The notes under the pieces were generated by a model, which was not told the DNA's origin, did no database searches, and saw nothing but the letters and a program-made list of their open reading frames with translations. Position numbers and translations under genes: made by a program. From assembly GCA_007694945.1 (NCBI GenBank), contig REER01000073.1, positions 70,364 to 134,363 of the forward strand: a stretch of 64,000 nt of DNA. Direction: 5' to 3'. The DNA comes from Paracoccaceae bacterium. GTDB taxonomy: Bacteria > Pseudomonadota > Alphaproteobacteria > Rhodobacterales > Rhodobacteraceae. Of this stretch, positions 59,353-64,000 are shown piece by piece (position 1 is the stretch's first letter; every line of letters starts with the position of its first letter).

Positions 59353-60716
59353 GGCTGCGCCTCCACCCGGCCCGGGCCGCGCCAGAAGCGCAGCATCAGC
59401 AGGAGCGCCGCGACTGAGAGCCCGACCACCAGCCCGGCCCAGACTCCCTCACCGCCGTAATCGAGCCGGATCCCCAGCAGATAGCTCGTCGGCAGCCCGA
59501 CGCACCAGTAGCTGAAGGCGGCAATCAGCATCGGCCCGCGCGTGTCCTGCACCCCGCGCAAGAGCCCCATCGCCATCACCTGTGCCCCATCCGCAAGCTG
59601 GAACAGCGCCGCCACGATCAGGAACGAGGCACCGATGGTGATAATCTGCGAGCGCGCGGGCTCATCCGGCGACAGGAACAGGCCGACGAGGAACGGCCCC
59701 ATCGTGAAATAGACAACCATGGTCAGCAGCGCGAAGAGGATCGAGACACTCACCGAGGTCATCGCCCCTGCCCGCAGCGCATCCTGATCACGTTGCCCGC
59801 GCGCGCGTCCGACCAGCACTGTTGCCGCGTTGGAAAAGCCCAGATGCACCATGAACAGCATCGCCGTGATCTCGACCGCGATGCCGTGGGCGGCAAGTTC
59901 ATGCGTGCCGATCCAGCCGACCATCACGGCTGTGGCCGAAAACAGCCCCGACTCGGCCACCAGCGCCACACCAATCGGCCAGCCCAACCGCCAGACCTGC
60001 CCCATGGCCTGCCAGTCGGGTCGCCAGAAGCGCTGGAACAGCGCATAGCGCCGCAGCACCTCCACCCCGGCGCAATAGGCCGCGAGCACGGCTGCAGTCG
60101 CAAGGCTGACCAAGATTGTGGCAATTGCGGCCCCGCGCACACCCATTTCCGGCACGCCGAGATTGCCGAAGATGAACACCCAGTTCAGCGCTATATTCAG
60201 GAAAACCGCCCCGACCGTGACCCAAAGCGCCACCTGCGGGCGGCCAAGTGCCGCAAGATAGTTCTTCAACACCATCACGATCAGTGCGGGCACCATTGAG
60301 AAACCCAGAAGCCGCATATAGGCCTCGCCCAGCGGCACGACCTCTTCGGGCTGGCTCAGGAGTGTCAGCAGCGCGCCCGAGAACCAGAACAGTGGCAGCA
60401 CCGCCAGCCCGAAGCCGATCGAGAGCCAGAGGCCCATGCGTGTCGCGCGGCGCACTTCGGTGTCATTATCCGAGGCCGCCGCTGTTGCGACCATCGGCAT
60501 GACGGCATTGGCGAAACCAGTGCCGAAGGTGAAGACGGCGAAGAACAGTGCGGCCCCGATCACGCCTGCGGCCAGATCCGCGACGCCATACCAGCCGAGC
60601 ATGATCGTGTCCGTCACGGCCAGCATGAACTGGGCCAGGTGGCTACCGGCCAGCGGCAGCCCCAGCGCAAGCACCGTGCGCAGATTGACCCTGAACTGTG
60701 TGAATAACGCGCGCAT
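59340..60716 (-). CDS. MATE family efflux transporter
   Basis: The 458-aa product has about 12 transmembrane helices. The N-terminus LALGLPLAGSHLAQFMLAVTDTIMLG is typical of MATE/NorM. Confidence 0.85.
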   Translation of the reverse strand: MRALFTQFRVNLRTVLALGLPLAGSHLAQFMLAVTDTIMLGWYGVADLAAGVIGAALFFAVFTFGTGFANAVMPMVATAAASDNDTEVRRATRMGLWLSIGFGLAVLPLFWFSGALLTLLSQPEEVVPLGEAYMRLLGFSMVPALIVMVLKNYLAALGRPQVALWVTVGAVFLNIALNWVFIFGNLGVPEMGVRGAAIATILVSLATAAVLAAYCAGVEVLRRYALFQRFWRPDWQAMGQVWRLGWPIGVALVAESGLFSATAVMVGWIGTHELAAHGIAVEITAMLFMVHLGFSNAATVLVGRARGQRDQDALRAGAMTSVSVSILFALLTMVVYFTMGPFLVGLFLSPDEPARSQIITIGASFLIVAALFQLADGAQVMAMGLLRGVQDTRGPMLIAAFSYWCVGLPTSYLLGIRLDYGGEGVWAGLVVGLSVAALLLMLRFWRGPGRVEAQPWHA

Positions 60717-60757
60717 GATGCCCGGTTAGCCTTTGCCTCGGGGCGCGGCAAGATGGC

Positions 60758-61657
60758 TCAGGACATTTTTAACATGTTCAGGGCCAAAAGCATGATCAGT
60801 AGCCCGGCCAGGCCCTCGATCATTGGCATCAACATGCGCGCGCGGTCAAGCTGCGACAGACGCGCGGTCGCGCCTTCGCGGGCCATCACGGCGGTTGCGG
60901 CCACTGCCATCGTGACAGCTGCCGTGCCGAGGGCCATCACCATGACTGCGACAATGCCCTGCCAGATCAGGCCCATGCGCCATGTCAGGATCAGCACGAA
61001 GAGCGCACCAGTGCAGGGGCGGATGGCAATCGCGCCGATCAGCACCAGCGTGTCGCGCCAACCGCTGAGCGCTCGGACCTCATGCAGTTCCGGCCCGTGG
61101 CGGTGGCCACATTCGGAGCAGGTCCCTTGACCGCCTGCTGTTGCAAGCGCCGGGGGCGCGAGGCTTTGCGCGATCGCGCGTCGGAGTGCCCGGCTCATGA
61201 GCCAGAGGCCAATCAGCGCAATCGCGATCAGGCTCGCGCGCTCCAGCCAGACATCACCTGTCAACTGCAGCGCCTCGCGCGAGGCATCGAAGACCAGCAC
61301 CCCGGCATAAACCAGCGCGATGGCACTGAGCCCTTGCGCCAGCGAGGCCGCAAGCCCGACGCCGACCAGCCGCGCTACCGGGACATCGACCCCGGCGCCA
61401 TAGGCCCCGATCAGGAATTTGCCATGCCCCGGCCCCACAGCATGAACAAACCCATAGGCGAAACATAGCCCCCAGAAGGCCGCGAGCGCGCCGGGCTGGC
61501 CTGCGCGCAAGTCGCGCAGACCTTGCGCCATCTGGTTCTGAAAGCCGCGCTGCGCCTCCATCGCCCAGGCCGCGACCTGTGCCATGCCGCCCGAGAGCCA
61601 GAGCGCCCCCAGCGCGCCCACCACCAGCAAAGCCAGCAGGGTCATGGCGCGGCGCAT
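60758..61657 (-). CDS. NicO/RcnA-like nickel/cobalt-type metal transporter permease
   Basis: The product is polytopic, with HAVGPGHGK in a transmembrane helix and a His/Cys loop (GTCSECGHRHGPELHE). It is paired with a DUF1007 gene by a 16-nt overlap. Confidence 0.6.
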   Translation of the reverse strand: MRRAMTLLALLVVGALGALWLSGGMAQVAAWAMEAQRGFQNQMAQGLRDLRAGQPGALAAFWGLCFAYGFVHAVGPGHGKFLIGAYGAGVDVPVARLVGVGLAASLAQGLSAIALVYAGVLVFDASREALQLTGDVWLERASLIAIALIGLWLMSRALRRAIAQSLAPPALATAGGQGTCSECGHRHGPELHEVRALSGWRDTLVLIGAIAIRPCTGALFVLILTWRMGLIWQGIVAVMVMALGTAAVTMAVAATAVMAREGATARLSQLDRARMLMPMIEGLAGLLIMLLALNMLKMS

Positions 61658-62292
61658 GTCAGCCTCACTTCATCCGAGAATAGCGCGCCCACGGCCGGGA
61701 AATCGGCCTCGATATCCATGCCGGCACCCAGCAGTTCGTCAATCGCCGCTTCCAGCGTCTCAGTAGCGGCCTCCCAGTCGGGCTCGAAGACACGGGCGAC
61801 GCAATCGCTCCGGCCCTCAATCTGCGGCTGACCCACCAGAGTGTAGCTGGTGTAGTAAGTCGGATCATAGACCGCAATGATCCATTCTTGCTCGGGGTCG
61901 GGCAGATCGAGGAAATGGCGCAAATGGCGCGAGCGCAATTGCCCGTCGTAATAATCCGAACTCCATTCGACCGGGCCAGTCAGCGCGAGGGGTTCGCCGC
62001 CCTGGGTGACGTGGGTGTCGCCGTGATAATCCTCGATCCAGTTCATGTCGAACCCGTGCAGAAGTTCCTGCTCCTCCTCGGTCACGGTACCGGTGAAATC
62101 TGGGTCGAGACCCATATCCGAGACCAGCAGCATCGAGAAGAATTCGTCATAGACCCAAGCGATCTCAACTCCTTCCGGCTGTCCGTCGTCATCAAAGACA
62201 ATGGTGATCTCTGCATCGACAAAGATATGCGGATGCGCCCGCAATGGCGCGGTCAGCAGCATCAGCACAGAAAAGGCAATTACCCAGTGCAC
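61642..62292 (-). CDS. DUF1007 family periplasmic protein
   Basis: It has a GTG start and a signal peptide ending in the motif LRAHPHIFVDAEI, which is characteristic of DUF1007. Confidence 0.65.
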   Translation of the reverse strand: MHWVIAFSVLMLLTAPLRAHPHIFVDAEITIVFDDDGQPEGVEIAWVYDEFFSMLLVSDMGLDPDFTGTVTEEEQELLHGFDMNWIEDYHGDTHVTQGGEPLALTGPVEWSSDYYDGQLRSRHLRHFLDLPDPEQEWIIAVYDPTYYTSYTLVGQPQIEGRSDCVARVFEPDWEAATETLEAAIDELLGAGMDIEADFPAVGALFSDEVRLTCAAP

Positions 62293-62427
62293 GGACTGTC
62301 CCGATCCAATTTGCGCGCTCAGGTTTAACGCGCCCGTATGCTCGGCTCAAGTCACGGGACGGTGCGGCCCTGCGCGTCGGCGCGCTCTCGCTCAACCCCG
62401 CGCTTCAACAGGTATGGGGCGCACGCT

Positions 62428-63270
62428 TCAGAAATCCAGCCCGAGATCGAGCACCGGCGCCGAATGGGTGAGCGCGCCGACCGAGATGAAATCAACCCCG
62501 GTCCGCGCCACCTCGGCGATGCGCTCCAGCCGCATGTTGCCCGACGCCTCGGTCACAAGCCGCCGGTCCACGCGGGCGACGGCCTCGGCGAGCATCTCGG
62601 TTGGCATGTTGTCCAGCAGCACCACATCGGCCCCGCCGGTGTCCAGAACCTCATCCAATTGCGCCAAGGTATCGACCTCGATCTGGATGCGGCGCATGTG
62701 GCTGGCATGTGCCCGCGCGGCGTTAAGCACTGCCGCAATCCCGCCAGCCGCCGAGATGTGATTGTCCTTGATCAGGATCGCATCCGACAGCCCGTAGCGA
62801 TGCGCCGCGCCGCCGCCATGCAGCACGGCCTCTTTCTCGACCAACCGCAGCCCCGGCGTGGTCTTGCGCGTACATGTGATACGGGCCTTGGTGCCTTTGG
62901 TTTCAGGCACAAACGCGGCAGTCAGCGTGGCAATGCCGGACAGCCTACCCGCAAAATTCAGCGCCACCCGTTCGCCCGAGAGGATCGAGGCTGCCGCGCC
63001 TTCGATCCGCATCAACGTCTCGCCCGCGCTCACGCGGCTTCCATCGGGGCGCAGGGTTTCGATCTTCAGCGCCGAGTCCACCAGCCCGAAGGCCATGGCG
63101 GCAAGCTGCATGCCCGAGACCACCCCATCCGCCCGCGCATTCAGCCGCGCGCTGTAGCGCAGACCATCGGGGATTACTGCACGCGTGGTCACATCGCCGG
63201 CGGGCCCCAGATCCTCGATCAGGGCGCCGCGCACAAGGGGTTCGAGCAAGAGCGGGGGAAGCGGGGTCAT
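62428..63270 (-). CDS. nadC: Nicotinate-nucleotide diphosphorylase (carboxylating)
   Basis: Track ORF 62428..63417, trimmed to MTPLPPLLLEPLVRGALIEDLG. It contains ERVALNF, TRKTTPGLR, DNHI and the tail SVGALTHS. It has an ATGA overlap with nadB. Confidence 0.9.
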   Translation of the reverse strand: MTPLPPLLLEPLVRGALIEDLGPAGDVTTRAVIPDGLRYSARLNARADGVVSGMQLAAMAFGLVDSALKIETLRPDGSRVSAGETLMRIEGAAASILSGERVALNFAGRLSGIATLTAAFVPETKGTKARITCTRKTTPGLRLVEKEAVLHGGGAAHRYGLSDAILIKDNHISAAGGIAAVLNAARAHASHMRRIQIEVDTLAQLDEVLDTGGADVVLLDNMPTEMLAEAVARVDRRLVTEASGNMRLERIAEVARTGVDFISVGALTHSAPVLDLGLDF

Positions 63271-64000
63271 GGCACCTCGGCAAGGACATCGGACAAACGC
63301 AAAAAGCTGCGCTGCGCCAGATCGGGATCGGTTCGCGCGTAGTCGTCCCGCCAATGCGCGCCACGGCTTTCGCGCCGCGCGTAAGCGGCGCTGGCGATCA
63401 GCAACGCAGCTGCGCACATGTTGCGGAAATCGAGGCTGTCGCGGCAGGCTGCCTCCAGCGCGCGGATGAGAGTGATTGCCTGCGCAAGCCCTGCCCCGGT
63501 ACGCCTCACACCGACAAGCCGGGTCATCAACTCGCGCAATTGCGCGATGGCCATCAGGTCGGGCGCAACACCGCCTGGCGCTGCTTCAAGCGTGACCTGC
63601 GGCAGATCCAAAGGCGCAGGGGCCAGCGCGCTGCCCATATCCTCGGCAGCGCGGCGCGCAAAGACCAGAGCTTCAAGAACGCCGTTCGAGGCCAGCCGAT
63701 TCGCGCCATGCAGGCCTGTGGAGGCCGCCTCGCCGCAGACCCAGAGCCCCGGCAAGGAGGCCCGACCCTGCGCATCGGTTGCCACGCCGCCCATATGATA
63801 ATGCGCTGCCGCCGCCACAGGAATGGGCTGGCGCGCAGGGTCGATCCCGGCACGCTGGCAGGCTTCGGACACGGCCGGAAATAGCGTGTGGATCGTCTCG
63901 CCCAGCGCCCGGCGCGTATCGAGCATCGGGCGGTTCCCTGCGATGGTCTGCGCGAAAACCGCGCGGGCCACCACGTCACGCGGGGCAAGCTCGGCCATCG
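63267..64000 (-). CDS. nadB: L-aspartate oxidase (partial; 5' end lies outside the window)
   Basis: The frame is open to the window edge. It contains HYHMGGVATDAQGRASLPGLWVCGEAASTGLHGANRLASN and a C-terminal helical domain. Confidence 0.85.
   Translation of the reverse strand, partial: MAELAPRDVVARAVFAQTIAGNRPMLDTRRALGETIHTLFPAVSEACQRAGIDPARQPIPVAAAAHYHMGGVATDAQGRASLPGLWVCGEAASTGLHGANRLASNGVLEALVFARRAAEDMGSALAPAPLDLPQVTLEAAPGGVAPDLMAIAQLRELMTRLVGVRRTGAGLAQAITLIRALEAACRDSLDFRNMCAAALLIASAAYARRESRGAHWRDDYARTDPDLAQRSFLRLSDVLAEVP

Noticed and set aside
62293-62427. A cobalamin or NiCo riboswitch, or a Zur box, upstream of the DUF1007 gene.
   Set aside because: The region is only 135 nt and G+C-rich. 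It has no B12-box-like GCCACTG core and no A+T-rich Zur-type palindrome that I can see.

Overview
This is a gene-dense, high-G+C segment (by eye above 60%). Its gene content and local synteny (PleD next to DUF3572, DUF1467 next to methylmalonyl-CoA epimerase, DUF983 next to NUDIX, TamAB, GlnE, PNPase, AhcY, NadCB) fit an alphaproteobacterial chromosome of the Rhodobacteraceae or roseobacter type. That assignment is inference only. I call 62 protein-coding genes (two run off the window edges), one IS630-family transposase relic, and several terminator or intercistronic hairpins and palindromes. I found no rRNA, tRNA, CRISPR array, prophage or intact mobile element. Most of the window is housekeeping: aspS, fadH, mazG, glnE, recQ, bpt, yaaA, mce, pnp, ahcY, tamAB, livHMGF and nadCB. 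All long unassigned ORFs in the track are antisense shadows of real genes, as expected at this G+C. I do not see an unambiguous new multi-gene system; there is no defence-island or toxin signature. The leads most worth a second look are: (1) a membrane-anchored three-subunit molybdoenzyme with no Tat signal (1..4161); (2) a low-G+C in-frame insertion of about 40 codons inside aspS; (3) an orphan PPTase-fold gene in which two of three Mg-ligand positions appear substituted, flanked by unusually long A+T-rich non-coding DNA and followed by a liv-type ABC operon with no binding-protein gene; (4) a 27-bp perfect inverted repeat between a DUF167 gene and a hybrid histidine kinase; (5) a lower-G+C TRAP transporter plus omega-aminotransferase module with a candidate operator; (6) an EF-hand/ECF sigma/anti-sigma/Spy-like envelope module. 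All product calls rest on motif and family recognition by eye, with no database search.
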